DNA of 62,854 bases from Oscillospiraceae bacterium (GTDB taxonomy: Bacteria; Bacillota; Clostridia; Oscillospirales; CAG-272). The position numbers and the translations under genes were made by a program. The DNA lies in NCBI GenBank assembly GCA_015064545.1, contig SVSA01000001.1, positions 1 to 62,854 on the forward strand, written 5' to 3'. Under the pieces are notes generated by a model, which saw only the letters and a list, made by a program, of their open reading frames with translations, had not been told where the DNA came from and ran no database searches. Shown in pieces: positions 1 to 9,364 of the stretch (position 1 is the stretch's first letter; the number at the start of each line of letters is the position of its first letter).

Positions 1-1356
1 GAAAACGATCAGCGCATCATGATCTTTGACCTCGGTGGCGGTACCTTCGATGTTTCGATTCTGGAAATCTCGGATGGCGTGTTTGAAGTGCTTTCTACCA
101 ATGGTGATACCCACCTCGGCGGTGATGATTTCGACCAGCGCATTATCGACTGGATGGCCGATCGCTTCAAGGCAGAAAACGGCATCGATCTCCGCAACGA
201 CAAGATGGTTCTGCAAAGACTGAAGGATGCCGCAGAAAAGGCAAAGATCGAGCTCTCCGGCATGACCAGCACCAATATCAACCTGCCCTTTATCACGGCA
301 ACTGCCGCCGGCCCGCTTCACTTCGATGCTACCTTGACCCGTGCCGAATTCGACCGCATTACGGCCGATCTTGTCGACCGTTCGATGACACCCACCAAGA
401 AGGCGCTTGCCGATGCCGGCATCAGCGTTTCGCAGATCGACAAGGTTCTGCTTGTCGGCGGATCGACCCGTATTCCCGCTGTACAGGATGCCGTTAAGAA
501 GTTCATCGGCAAGGAGCCCTTCAAGGGTATCAATCCCGACGAATGTGTCGCTGTCGGTGCCGCCATCCAGGCCGGCGTTCTCGGCGGCGATGTTAAGGAT
601 CTGCTGCTGCTCGACGTTACCCCTCTGTCTCTCGGTATCGAGACGCTCGGTGGTGTTTGCACCAAGATCATCGAGCGTAACACAACGATTCCCGTAAAGA
701 GAAGCCAGGTCTTCTCGACGGCTGCCGACGGTCAGACCTCGGTTGAAATTCACATTCTTCAGGGCGAAAGAGAAATGGCCGCCGGTAACACCACCCTCGG
801 TCGCTTCCACCTTGACGGCATCCCCTCCGCGCCCCGCGGTGTGCCGCAGATCGAGGTTACCTTCGATATCGATGCTAATGGCATTGTCAATGTTTCGGCA
901 CTGGATAAGGGTACCGGTAAGGAACAGCACATTACGATTACCTCCTCGACCAATATGAGCAAGGAGGATATCGACCGCGCTGTCCGTGAGGCAGAGAAAT
1001 TTGCCGACGAGGATAAGAAGCTCAAGGAAGCCGTCGAAATCAAGAACCGCGCCGACAGCCTGATCTTCCAGACCGAGAAGACACTCGGCGAGGTTGGCGA
1101 TAAGCTTTCGGATGCCGATAAGGCCGATGTCAAACTGGCGCTCGAAAAGCTGAAGGAAACGGTGAAGACTGAAAATACCGAGGCAATCAAGGCCGACAGC
1201 GAGGCACTGGAGCAGGCATTCTACAAGCTGTCCGAGAAGCTGTATCAGCAGCAGGGCGGTCAGAATGGTACCAATCCGAACGGAGCGGACAATGCCAACG
1301 GTCCCGATAGCCAGGGCTACTACAACGCCGATTACGAGGACAAAACCGGCGAATAA
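1..1356 (+). CDS. dnaK: Molecular chaperone DnaK (Hsp70), C-terminal ~450 aa; the 5' end lies upstream of the window
   Basis: Frame 1 is open from base 1. Hsp70 hallmark segments are present: [49 protein letters not shown]. It is followed by dnaJ. Confidence 0.97.
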   Translation, partial: ENDQRIMIFDLGGGTFDVSILEISDGVFEVLSTNGDTHLGGDDFDQRIIDWMADRFKAENGIDLRNDKMVLQRLKDAAEKAKIELSGMTSTNINLPFITATAAGPLHFDATLTRAEFDRITADLVDRSMTPTKKALADAGISVSQIDKVLLVGGSTRIPAVQDAVKKFIGKEPFKGINPDECVAVGAAIQAGVLGGDVKDLLLLDVTPLSLGIETLGGVCTKIIERNTTIPVKRSQVFSTAADGQTSVEIHILQGEREMAAGNTTLGRFHLDGIPSAPRGVPQIEVTFDIDANGIVNVSALDKGTGKEQHITITSSTNMSKEDIDRAVREAEKFADEDKKLKEAVEIKNRADSLIFQTEKTLGEVGDKLSDADKADVKLALEKLKETVKTENTEAIKADSEALEQAFYKLSEKLYQQQGGQNGTNPNGADNANGPDSQGYYNADYEDKTGE

Positions 1357-1365
1357 ACAAAAACA

Positions 1366-1397
1366 CAAGGTGCAGGGGATGCTCCCCCTGCACCTTG
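1366..1397 (+). terminator. Hairpin terminator after dnaK
   Basis: 13-bp perfect stem caaggtgcagggg / cccctgcaccttg with a 6-nt loop, 10 nt after the dnaK stop. The T-run (atattttt) follows only after a short spacer. Confidence 0.6.
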
Positions 1398-1535
1398 TCG
1401 GGAATATTTTTAAACGCATTTACTCTCGAATACTGCTATGAGCTGAAAACAGCGGCAATGATCGCCTGCCGTTTTCGGCCGATACCGGTATTTGAATGAC
1501 AATATGGGAACTGAATTTCCCGCGGAGGCTCTTAC

Positions 1536-2660
1536 ATGGCGGATAAACGCGATTATTATGAGGTGCTCGGCGTTGATAAAAGCGCCGGAGATGACGAAAT
1601 AAAAAAGGCGTATCGGAAGCTTGCCAAAAAATATCATCCCGATATGAATCCCGGGGATAAAACGGCCGAGGAAAAATTCAAGGAAGTCAATGAGGCTTAT
1701 GCCGTTCTCTCGGATGCCGATAAAAAGGCCAAATACGACCAGTTCGGCCATGCCGCCTTTGATCCGTCCATGGGCGGAGGCGGAGCCGGCTTCGGTGATT
1801 TTGGCGGATTTGATTTCGGCGATATTTTCAGCTCCATGTTTGGCGGTGGGTTTGGCGGCGGTAGCTCACGCCGTAACGGCCCAATGCGCGGCGAGGATCT
1901 GCAGTATCGTTTGACATTGACCTTTGAGGAGGCGGCCTTCGGCTGCAAAAAGGATATCTCCTATGGCCGTGTTGAGCGATGCAGTGAATGCGGCGGCAGC
2001 GGTGCCGCTAAGGGAACCTCGCCCGAAACCTGTCCGACCTGTAACGGCGCAGGACAAGTCCGCACAGCTCAGCGTACGGCGTTCGGCGTCTTCCAGTCGA
2101 CGCATGCCTGCGATACCTGCCGCGGTACCGGTAAGATTGTGAAAACGCCTTGCCGTAACTGTAATGCCAAGGGATACGTCAAGATTCAAAAGAAGATTAC
2201 GGTTACTATCCCCGCCGGTATCGATACCGGTGAAGGAATGCGCGTTGCGGGGCAGGGAAATGAAGGACGAAACGGCGGCCCGGCCGGCGATTTGATTGTT
2301 GCGGTATCGGTTCGTTCGCATTCGCTTTTCGAGCGCGACGGAACAACGCTGTTCTGCGAGATTCCGATTACCTTTGTGGAGGCAACCCTCGGCGCCGAGA
2401 TTGAGGTTCCGACCTTGACCGAGCCGGTTAAGTTTAACATTCCCGAAGGAACACAAACCGGCACCGAATTTACGGTGCGCGGAGAGGGTATTGTTTCGAC
2501 ACGAAGCGGCCGCAAGGGTGATCTTGTTTTTCGCGTCAATGTTGAGGTGCCCAAAAATCTGAGTGAAAAGCAGAAGCAGCTGTTGCGTGATTTTGCTGAG
2601 GAATGCGGGCAGAAAAATTATACCAAGCGCCAATCCTTCTTTAAGAAATTCAAAAAATAA
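1536..2660 (+). CDS. dnaJ: Co-chaperone DnaJ (Hsp40)
   Basis: J-domain HPD motif ([11 protein letters not shown]), a G/F-rich linker, and four CxxCxGxG zinc-finger repeats ([32 protein letters not shown]). A GGAGG RBS lies upstream of the ATG. Confidence 0.97.
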   Translation: MADKRDYYEVLGVDKSAGDDEIKKAYRKLAKKYHPDMNPGDKTAEEKFKEVNEAYAVLSDADKKAKYDQFGHAAFDPSMGGGGAGFGDFGGFDFGDIFSSMFGGGFGGGSSRRNGPMRGEDLQYRLTLTFEEAAFGCKKDISYGRVERCSECGGSGAAKGTSPETCPTCNGAGQVRTAQRTAFGVFQSTHACDTCRGTGKIVKTPCRNCNAKGYVKIQKKITVTIPAGIDTGEGMRVAGQGNEGRNGGPAGDLIVAVSVRSHSLFERDGTTLFCEIPITFVEATLGAEIEVPTLTEPVKFNIPEGTQTGTEFTVRGEGIVSTRSGRKGDLVFRVNVEVPKNLSEKQKQLLRDFAEECGQKNYTKRQSFFKKFKK

Positions 2661-2722
2661 TTCCGAGTGAGCCGCAGGTGAAGGCCTGCGGCTATCGCTC
2701 TGTGAAAATAAGGAGAATACAC

Positions 2723-3643
2723 GTGGGAAATTGGACACAAATTCGTTGTGCCTGTTCGATTCAGGATCTTGACAGCGTAGCGGCTGTGATGAGCATGATT
2801 GATAACGGTCTGATGATCGAGGACGCCAATGATATCGATCGGATGGATACGATTTACGGTGAGCTGCTTGATGAAAGCATGGTGAATGCCGACCGAACGG
2901 TCGGAGCTGTCAGCATTTATATACCCGAGGAGCGAAATCCGTTAGAATGCGCGGCCTTTATCAAGGAGCGCCTGACAGCTCTCGGTGTATCGCATGAGGT
3001 GACGCTGTCCGGCATGAAGGAGGAGGATTGGGCCAATTCCTGGAAGCAATACTATAAGCCGGTTCGAATCGGTAAACGCCTGATTGTTGTGCCGTCATGG
3101 GAGGATTACGAAGCGGCGCCCGATGATATTGTGCTTTCGATGGATCCCGGTATGGCCTTCGGTACCGGCACCCATGAAACGACACGGCTTTGCTCGGGCC
3201 TGCTGGAACAATATATGAAGCCGGGGGACCGCGTGCTCGATATTGGTACGGGAAGCGGCATTTTGGCCATTGCCGCGGCCAAGCTCGGCGCCGGTGAGGT
3301 CTTCGCCTACGATATCGATCCGGTTGCCATCCGCGTGGCTGAGGAAAACGGCAGCATCAATGGCTGTACAAGTATTACCTTCGGTTTATCCGATTTGCTT
3401 GCCGGTGTAGATACCGCTGGCGGCGGCTATGACTTTATTTGTGCGAATATTGTGGCGGATATTATTGTCCGCATGGCAGGTGATATTGTGCGGTATCTCA
3501 AGCCGGGCGCCTTGCTTGCGGTTTCGGGCGTGATCGATACGCAGGCCGAGCGCGTTATGACGGCCCTGACCGAGGGCGGCTTGACACCGGTTTTGACCAC
3601 AGCCGAGAATGACTGGAACGCGATGCTCTTTACCAGACGCTGA
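2723..3643 (+). CDS. prmA: Ribosomal protein L11 methyltransferase
   Basis: MDPGMAFGTGTHETT and the SAM motif LDIGTGSGILAIAA. The GTG at 2723 sits 6 nt after AAGGAGA and is preferred to the ORF-track GTG at 2678. Position after dnaJ is conserved in Firmicutes. Confidence 0.85.
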   Translation: MGNWTQIRCACSIQDLDSVAAVMSMIDNGLMIEDANDIDRMDTIYGELLDESMVNADRTVGAVSIYIPEERNPLECAAFIKERLTALGVSHEVTLSGMKEEDWANSWKQYYKPVRIGKRLIVVPSWEDYEAAPDDIVLSMDPGMAFGTGTHETTRLCSGLLEQYMKPGDRVLDIGTGSGILAIAAAKLGAGEVFAYDIDPVAIRVAEENGSINGCTSITFGLSDLLAGVDTAGGGYDFICANIVADIIVRMAGDIVRYLKPGALLAVSGVIDTQAERVMTALTEGGLTPVLTTAENDWNAMLFTRR

Positions 3644-3645
3644 TC

Positions 3646-3678
3646 ACAGTCCCTCTTCCCGAATGGAAGAGGGACTGT
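3646..3678 (+). terminator. Hairpin terminator after prmA
   Basis: 14-bp perfect stem acagtccctcttcc / ggaagagggactgt with a 5-nt loop, 2 nt after the stop. It is followed by ttaaattt. Confidence 0.7.
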
Positions 3679-3709
3679 TAAATTTCCTGATCAAATTCTT
3701 GATCAAGCC

Positions 3710-3738
3710 TTGCATTGACGGCGTTTTTGTGGTATACT
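3710..3738 (+). promoter_or_regulatory. Sigma-A-type promoter of the murE-like operon
   Basis: TTGCAT (3710-3715), 17-nt spacer, TATACT (3733-3738), 60 nt upstream of the ATG at 3798. Confidence 0.55.
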
Positions 3739-3797
3739 ATGTAAGATAGTGTAAACTGCTACCATTCTGCCCGCCGATTGCGGGAGGAGGATTTGAT

Positions 3798-5330
3798 ATG
3801 ATGCATCCCGGCGCCTCGCGTTACTGCCATAACCTGTCTGCGTTTCTCTCGCTCTTTGAAGCGGAGGGCTTGCTATGCGCACAGGATCCTTCGGATCAGG
3901 TGATCATTCGCCACCTGTCCTTTGATACCCGCGATTTGATGGACAAGACCTTGTTTTTTTGCAAGGGCGCACATTTCAAGCCCGAGTATCTTCGGATGGC
4001 GGCTGAGAATGGCGCGGTCGCTTATGTAAGCGAAGTGCGCTATGAAGATGTTTCGATTCCTGCGGTTTTGGTGTCGGATATTCGCCGCGCCATGAGCGTT
4101 GCGGCATTATTTCATTATGAACAGCCGGCCGAAAAGCTCAAAACCGTCGGTATTACCGGAACGAAGGGAAAAAGCACTACAGCCTATTATGTCAAGGCCA
4201 TCCTGGATGCGGCCTTGTCCTCCGAATGTGCCATCCTGTCCTCGATCGATAATTTTGATGGCGTTATACGCGAAGAGGCACATCTGACAACGCCGGAGGC
4301 CATTCCGCTGCAGCAGCATTTTGTCAATGCTTACGAGAGCGGTCTTACGCATCTGGTTATGGAGGTCTCCAGTCAAGCGCTGAAATACGGCCGCGTTGAC
4401 GGAGTGTGCTTTGATGTTGCTTGCTTTCATAACATCGGAACGGATCATATCAGCCCGGTTGAGCATCCTGATTTTGAGGACTATTTTGCTTCCAAGCTCA
4501 AAATATTTAATGCCTGCCGTGTCGGCTGTGTCAATACCGATGTGGCATATGCCGATCGTGCGCTCCAATATGCTAAAACAGCCGGTTGCCGTGTTCTGAC
4601 CTATGGCTCGCACCCCGAAGACGACATTTATTGCTCGTCTGTGAAAAAGGACGGGGAAGCGATTCGGTTTACGGTGACCACGGCCTCCTTTGCCGAGGAG
4701 TTTGCCATTACCATGCCGGGGCTGTTCAATGTTCAGAACGCGCTTTGCGCGATTGCCGTTTGCACCGCTCTCGGTATCCCGCCCCAAGCGATTCGAGAGG
4801 GACTCGCTATCGCTCGTGCCGCCGGACGAATGGAGGTCTTTACCTCGCGTGACAGCCGCGTGATTGCCTTGGTGGATTATGCGCATAACCGCATGAGCTT
4901 CGGCGCGCTTTATGATTCGGTGGCAAAGGAGTATCCCGATAAAACCGTGATTACTGTTTTTGGCTGTCCGGGTGGAAAAGCGTATTTGCGCCGTAAGGAC
5001 TTGGGTGAGCTTTCGGGAAGACATTCGTCCTTGGTAATCGTTACCGAGGAGGATTCGGGTGAGGAGCCGTTTTCTCAGATTGCCGCCGATATTGCCGCCA
5101 GCATTGAGGCGGAGGGAGGACGGTATTTCATCTGCGAGGATCGCGGCGAAGCCATCCGACGCGCCATCTGCGAGAACGGTTCGGATAAGATTATTCTGAT
5201 CACCGGTAAAGGCCGAGAAACCCGCCAGAAGCGCGGAACCTTGTATATGGATACCCCTTCGGATGTCGACTATGTCGAACGCTATTTAGCTGAATACGAT
5301 GACTCGACGGTGGGCGTCGTGTTAGGATAA
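3798..5330 (+). CDS. murE: Mur ligase family, MurE-like UDP-MurNAc-L-Ala-D-Glu:diamino-acid ligase (streptococcal/enterococcal type); the added amino acid is not assignable
   Basis: 510 aa. N-terminal domain FDTRDLMDKTLFFCKGAHF, P-loop GITGTKGKSTT, MEVSSQA, TDHISPVEH, GRMEV, VDYAHN. The DAP-type DNPR motif is absent (TEEDSGEEP in its place). Confidence 0.75.
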   Translation: MMHPGASRYCHNLSAFLSLFEAEGLLCAQDPSDQVIIRHLSFDTRDLMDKTLFFCKGAHFKPEYLRMAAENGAVAYVSEVRYEDVSIPAVLVSDIRRAMSVAALFHYEQPAEKLKTVGITGTKGKSTTAYYVKAILDAALSSECAILSSIDNFDGVIREEAHLTTPEAIPLQQHFVNAYESGLTHLVMEVSSQALKYGRVDGVCFDVACFHNIGTDHISPVEHPDFEDYFASKLKIFNACRVGCVNTDVAYADRALQYAKTAGCRVLTYGSHPEDDIYCSSVKKDGEAIRFTVTTASFAEEFAITMPGLFNVQNALCAIAVCTALGIPPQAIREGLAIARAAGRMEVFTSRDSRVIALVDYAHNRMSFGALYDSVAKEYPDKTVITVFGCPGGKAYLRRKDLGELSGRHSSLVIVTEEDSGEEPFSQIAADIAASIEAEGGRYFICEDRGEAIRRAICENGSDKIILITGKGRETRQKRGTLYMDTPSDVDYVERYLAEYDDSTVGVVLG

Positions 5331-5348
5331 CGAAAGGACGGACAAGCC

Positions 5349-7178
5349 ATGTGTGGTTTTGCCGGTTTTTATGGCGGTGAACTGGAGAATCGCCGCGAGA
5401 TCGTCAGTCGCATGGGTGCCGCGATCGCACATCGCGGTCCCGATGATGACGGCGTATTTGTTGATGATACCGCTGCGCTTGGTTTTCGCCGCTTGTCAAT
5501 TATAGATCTTGGCGGCGGTGTCCAGCCGATGGCCAGTGCCGATGGCCGTTATGTCATGGTATTTAACGGCGAAATCTATAATTACCGGGAGTTGCGCGCG
5601 GATCTTGAGAAAGAAGGCGCGGTCTTTGTAACCGATTCGGATACGGAGGTCATTTTGCAGACCTTTCTTCGTCACGGAAAAGCGACGGCCGAACGCTTGC
5701 GGGGAATGTTTGCCTTCGTAATTTACGATACTGTTGAAAAGACACTTTACGGTGCCCGTGACTGGTTCGGCATCAAGCCCTTTTACTATACCATGCTCGA
5801 CGGTGCATTTTTGTTCGGCTCGGAGATCAAGAGCTTTTTGGAGTATCCCTCCTTCCGCAAGGAGATCAACCGCGATGCATTAAAGCTCTATTTGACCTTC
5901 CAGTATTCACCGTTGGAGGAAACGATTTTCAAGGGCGTATTCCGTTTGCTTCCCGGTACGTATTTTGTCTTTGACGGTAAGAGCTTCACGACCGAGCGCT
6001 ATTTTGAGATTACCTATGATCCTGAGCGCCGTTCCTTCGGCGAGGCGGTTAAGCAGATTGACGAGGCCGTGCTCTCCTCGGTGGAATATCATCAGATTGC
6101 CGATGTTGAGGTGGGCTCCTTTTTGTCGGGCGGTGTGGATTCCAGCTATGTGGCCTCCACGGTCAAGCCGATGAAAACCTATTCGGTCGGCTTTGAGGTC
6201 GGAGGCTTTGATGAGACGGCGTTGGCACGGGATTTGAGTCAAACGCTGGGTATGCCTAATCGCGCCAAGGAAATCTCGGCCGATGAATTTTTCGACGCTC
6301 TGCCTGCTGTGCAGTATCATTCCGATGAGCCTCATGCCAATTTGTCAGCGGTACCGCTCTACTATTTAGCGGCGCTGGCGGCCGAGGATGTCAAGGTGGT
6401 TTTATCGGGAGAAGGGGCCGACGAGCTTTTCGGCGGCTATGATTGGTATATGCAAAGCGATGCAGCGAAAGCCTATCACGCACTTCCCAAGGGATGCCGT
6501 CGCTTCTTTTTCGCCACGCTCGGTAAGCTGCCGATTGCGAGCTTGAAGCGCTTCTTGGCCGCCGGCCTTGAGGAGGTCGAGCAGAGCTATATCGGACAGG
6601 CCTTTATCATGAACGACGAAGAGGCCAATGCGCTTTTGACCGAGCCGTATCGCTCGGAGATTTCCTACCGCGATGTGACAGCACCTTATTACGAGAAGGT
6701 CAAGGGCTGCGATGATCTGACCAAAAAGCTCTATCTCGATATGCATCTCTGGCTTCCGAACGACATTTTGCTGAAGGCCGATAAAATGACAATGGCACAC
6801 TCGCTGGAGTTGCGTGTGCCGTATCTTGACCGCGAGGTCTTCCGCGTGGCAAGAACCTTGACCTCAGGGCAAAAAATGAAGGGGCGCCACACCAAGCGTG
6901 CCTTCCGTACCGCAGCCTTGTCGCACATTCCGACCGAATGGGCCAACCGCAAAAAGGCAGGCTTTATGGTACCATTTCGGGTATGGCTGCGCGAGGATCG
7001 CTATTACGAGAAGGTTAAAGCCATGCTGATGCGAGAGTTCGCCGCCGAATTTTTTGATACAAAGGCTTTGCTTGCTATGCTCGATGAGCATAAAAACGGG
7101 ACAAAGAACAATGCACGGAAGCTTTATACCGTGTATGCCTTCCTTCTTTGGTACGAACAGTACTTTATTTTGCGTTGA
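5349..7178 (+). CDS. asnB: Asparagine synthase (glutamine-hydrolysing) family amidotransferase; possibly a peptidoglycan amidating enzyme
   Basis: 609 aa. Ntn-amidotransferase N-terminus MCGFAGF with RGPDD, and the synthetase PP-loop SFLSGGVDSS. Confidence 0.9.
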   Translation: MCGFAGFYGGELENRREIVSRMGAAIAHRGPDDDGVFVDDTAALGFRRLSIIDLGGGVQPMASADGRYVMVFNGEIYNYRELRADLEKEGAVFVTDSDTEVILQTFLRHGKATAERLRGMFAFVIYDTVEKTLYGARDWFGIKPFYYTMLDGAFLFGSEIKSFLEYPSFRKEINRDALKLYLTFQYSPLEETIFKGVFRLLPGTYFVFDGKSFTTERYFEITYDPERRSFGEAVKQIDEAVLSSVEYHQIADVEVGSFLSGGVDSSYVASTVKPMKTYSVGFEVGGFDETALARDLSQTLGMPNRAKEISADEFFDALPAVQYHSDEPHANLSAVPLYYLAALAAEDVKVVLSGEGADELFGGYDWYMQSDAAKAYHALPKGCRRFFFATLGKLPIASLKRFLAAGLEEVEQSYIGQAFIMNDEEANALLTEPYRSEISYRDVTAPYYEKVKGCDDLTKKLYLDMHLWLPNDILLKADKMTMAHSLELRVPYLDREVFRVARTLTSGQKMKGRHTKRAFRTAALSHIPTEWANRKKAGFMVPFRVWLREDRYYEKVKAMLMREFAAEFFDTKALLAMLDEHKNGTKNNARKLYTVYAFLLWYEQYFILR

Positions 7179-7203
7179 TGATTCTATGAAAGTGAGGTTT
7201 GTC

Positions 7204-8469
7204 ATGGACGAGCAAAAACGCTTTCTGCCGATTATTCTCGGCAGTGACGAGAATGCCTATGGAACCGTTCGCCTGTTTCGCGAGGCCTACGGTGTCCGTC
7301 CCCTGATTCTTTGTACCTCACGCTTGATTCCGACGATGGACAGCGTTTTGTTTGATCTGATTGCCATACCGGGCTTTGATGGCGATGAGGTGTTTGTTCG
7401 GGAGCTGACGCGGATTCTGGTCGAAAAGAAAACGGAAGCTGACGAGATTGTCGTGGTTGCCTGCTCGGATTACTATGCCCACATGATGTCGGTGCACCAC
7501 GAGGTCTTTGATCCCTTCATAGCCAATCGTTATGTAGCCCCCGATCTTCTGTCACGTCTTGATACCAAGGATACGTTTTATGCGCTTTGCGAGGAATACG
7601 GTCTTTCCTATCCCAAAACAAAAGTTGTTTTGCCCGAGCAGCGCCGTGCCGTGACCGAGGAATCGCTTGGATTTTCCTTTCCTCTGGTGCTGAAGCCCGA
7701 AAACAGTAATAGCTATGAGTACCGCCATTGCCATTTCGAGGGGTGGAAGAAGGTTTACTTCCTGAATACCCAAGAGGAATATGACGAGGTTGTTGGACAT
7801 CTGGATGCGGCCGGATATCAAGGTAAGATTGTTTTGCAGGAGTTTATCCCCGGTGGCGACGATGCGATGCGGGTACTGAACTGTTATTCGGATCGTAGCG
7901 GAAAGGTGCGGCTGATGTGTCTCGGACAGCCCGTGCTGGAGGAATATGCGCCCAATACCGTCGGAAACTATGCCGCGATTGTCTCGCGGTATGATGAAGC
8001 GCTGTATCGACAGATCGAACAGTTTTTGAATGCGATCGGATATGTCGGCTTTTCGAATTTTGATCTGAAATACGATTATCGTACCGGACGGTATCTGCTG
8101 TTTGAAATTAACGCCCGTCCCGGGCGGAGCAGTTATTTTGTGCGTGCTGCCGGGCATAACCTGATGCGGACGATGATTGAGGACGTGATCGGGAATCGTT
8201 CTGAAACGGATGTGGTGTACAGCGATGCCGTGTCGCTGTGGACGGCGGTACCGAAGGGGGTACTGAAGCGGTATGTCAAAAATCCATCCTTGCGGCAGGA
8301 GGTACTGTCTCTGTGGCGCCGAGGTTCGGTGGCAAGAACCCTCTTTGCGAAGGAGGAGACGCGGCTTGTCCGCAAGCTTCGCGTTTTGCGGTATTATCTC
8401 AGCTATTACAAGAATTTCCGCAGGTATTATTTCGATAAGGAGGCCGAGGTTCTGCGCCAGCATAAGTGA
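7204..8469 (+). CDS. ATP-grasp carboxylate-amine ligase (COG3919-like); candidate peptidoglycan D-aspartate ligase
   Basis: The ATG at 7204 with a GTGAGG RBS is preferred, because the ORF-track start 7054 would overlap asnB by 125 nt. Motifs: PIILGSDENAYGTVRLFREAYG, LVLKPENS, VLQEFIPGGD, LFEINARPGRS. Confidence 0.7.
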   Translation: MDEQKRFLPIILGSDENAYGTVRLFREAYGVRPLILCTSRLIPTMDSVLFDLIAIPGFDGDEVFVRELTRILVEKKTEADEIVVVACSDYYAHMMSVHHEVFDPFIANRYVAPDLLSRLDTKDTFYALCEEYGLSYPKTKVVLPEQRRAVTEESLGFSFPLVLKPENSNSYEYRHCHFEGWKKVYFLNTQEEYDEVVGHLDAAGYQGKIVLQEFIPGGDDAMRVLNCYSDRSGKVRLMCLGQPVLEEYAPNTVGNYAAIVSRYDEALYRQIEQFLNAIGYVGFSNFDLKYDYRTGRYLLFEINARPGRSSYFVRAAGHNLMRTMIEDVIGNRSETDVVYSDAVSLWTAVPKGVLKRYVKNPSLRQEVLSLWRRGSVARTLFAKEETRLVRKLRVLRYYLSYYKNFRRYYFDKEAEVLRQHK

Positions 8470-8485
8470 CAGACCTTGATCGGAT

Positions 8486-9352
8486 ATGAAGTTAACCTTT
8501 CTCGAGGCACCGATCTGTAAGGGCTCTCCGACAGACGGCTCCCAGTTTGCCTTCGGCGCGCTGTGTGAGAATGGGCTTGCGGCTCACTTTGACGGTGCCG
8601 CGCTTTGGCGCATGGAGCCCCCCGCTGTGGACGAGGAGGCGTATCATCCCTCTCGTAAGGACTGCACGGCGGTGATGACGGTTTCGCGTCTGCTTGCCGA
8701 GCGTGTTGCATATGTGAGGCGCGAAGGCTCGATGCCGATTGTAATCGGCGGTGATCATTCGGTGGCCATCGGTTCGATTGCCGGCATCTCGGCCGTGTAC
8801 GGAGCCGAGGCCTTGACGGTCATTTATATTGACGGTCATACCGATATCAACACCGAGCAAACAACCGAAACCGGCTTTATTCACGGCATGCCCCTCGCGG
8901 CAGCCATGGGGCTTTGCCACGAAAGCTTAACTGTCGGCCGCAAACGCAATCTCTACGGTAAAAACACGGTGATTCTCGGTGCCCGCAGTATCGATCCCGG
9001 AGAATACGGAATTATTGAAGCACAGGGCGTTACCCTCTATACTGCGGATCAAATACGGGCCCGCGGAATGGAAGCGGTCATGCATGAGGTTCTGGCGCGG
9101 ATTCAAACGCCGGTTGTGCACGTATCCTTTGATGTGGATGTCATGGATGAAACGGAGTTTTCCTCAACCGGCTATCGGATGCCGAACGGTCTTACGCTTG
9201 ATGAGGCCGAGGCCATGCTGACTGCCGTACTGGCGACAGGTGCCGTTGCTTCTCTTGATTTTGTGGAATATAATCCGCTGTTGGATCAAAGCGGCAAGGA
9301 TCGCGAAACCGTTTTCCGTTTACTCTCTCATCTGAAAACCTACTACGAATAA
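8486..9352 (+). CDS. Arginase/agmatinase/formimidoylglutamase family ureohydrolase (arginase-like)
   Basis: 288 aa with the three Mn-binding motifs GGDHSVAIGS, IDGHTDINT and SFDVDVMD. Confidence 0.8.
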   Translation: MKLTFLEAPICKGSPTDGSQFAFGALCENGLAAHFDGAALWRMEPPAVDEEAYHPSRKDCTAVMTVSRLLAERVAYVRREGSMPIVIGGDHSVAIGSIAGISAVYGAEALTVIYIDGHTDINTEQTTETGFIHGMPLAAAMGLCHESLTVGRKRNLYGKNTVILGARSIDPGEYGIIEAQGVTLYTADQIRARGMEAVMHEVLARIQTPVVHVSFDVDVMDETEFSSTGYRMPNGLTLDEAEAMLTAVLATGAVASLDFVEYNPLLDQSGKDRETVFRLLSHLKTYYE

Positions 9353-9364
9353 GAGGAGAATTGT

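Noticed and set aside
2678-2722. ORF-track N-terminal extensions: prmA 2678, ATP-grasp 7054, fumC 11646, lipoprotein 27086, murD 28928, nnrD 30276, thiamine pyrophosphokinase 33826, pepT 33795, ybaK 35070, spoIIID 37022, mntP 41249, AraC 52067, rhaB 52121, rhaA 53547, aldolase 56009, prsW 59347, transglutaminase-like 60146
   Set aside because: In each case an internal start codon has a properly spaced GGAGG-type RBS and begins at the point where family homology starts. The longer forms overlap upstream genes or add unrelated residues.
1866-2738. 290-aa ORF on the minus strand, antisense to dnaJ
   Set aside because: It is fully embedded opposite a strongly recognisable gene. It has low-complexity Arg/Ala/Gly-rich composition and no RBS, and is a typical shadow ORF. 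The same reasoning applies to 9-296(-), 318-683(-) and 759-1190(-), which lie opposite dnaK.
4107-5024. 305-aa minus-strand ORF inside the murE-like gene
   Set aside because: It is an antisense shadow ORF with no motifs. The plus-strand frame carries unmistakable Mur-ligase motifs.
7552-8463. 303-aa minus-strand ORF inside the ATP-grasp gene
   Set aside because: It is an antisense shadow with no RBS or recognisable domains.
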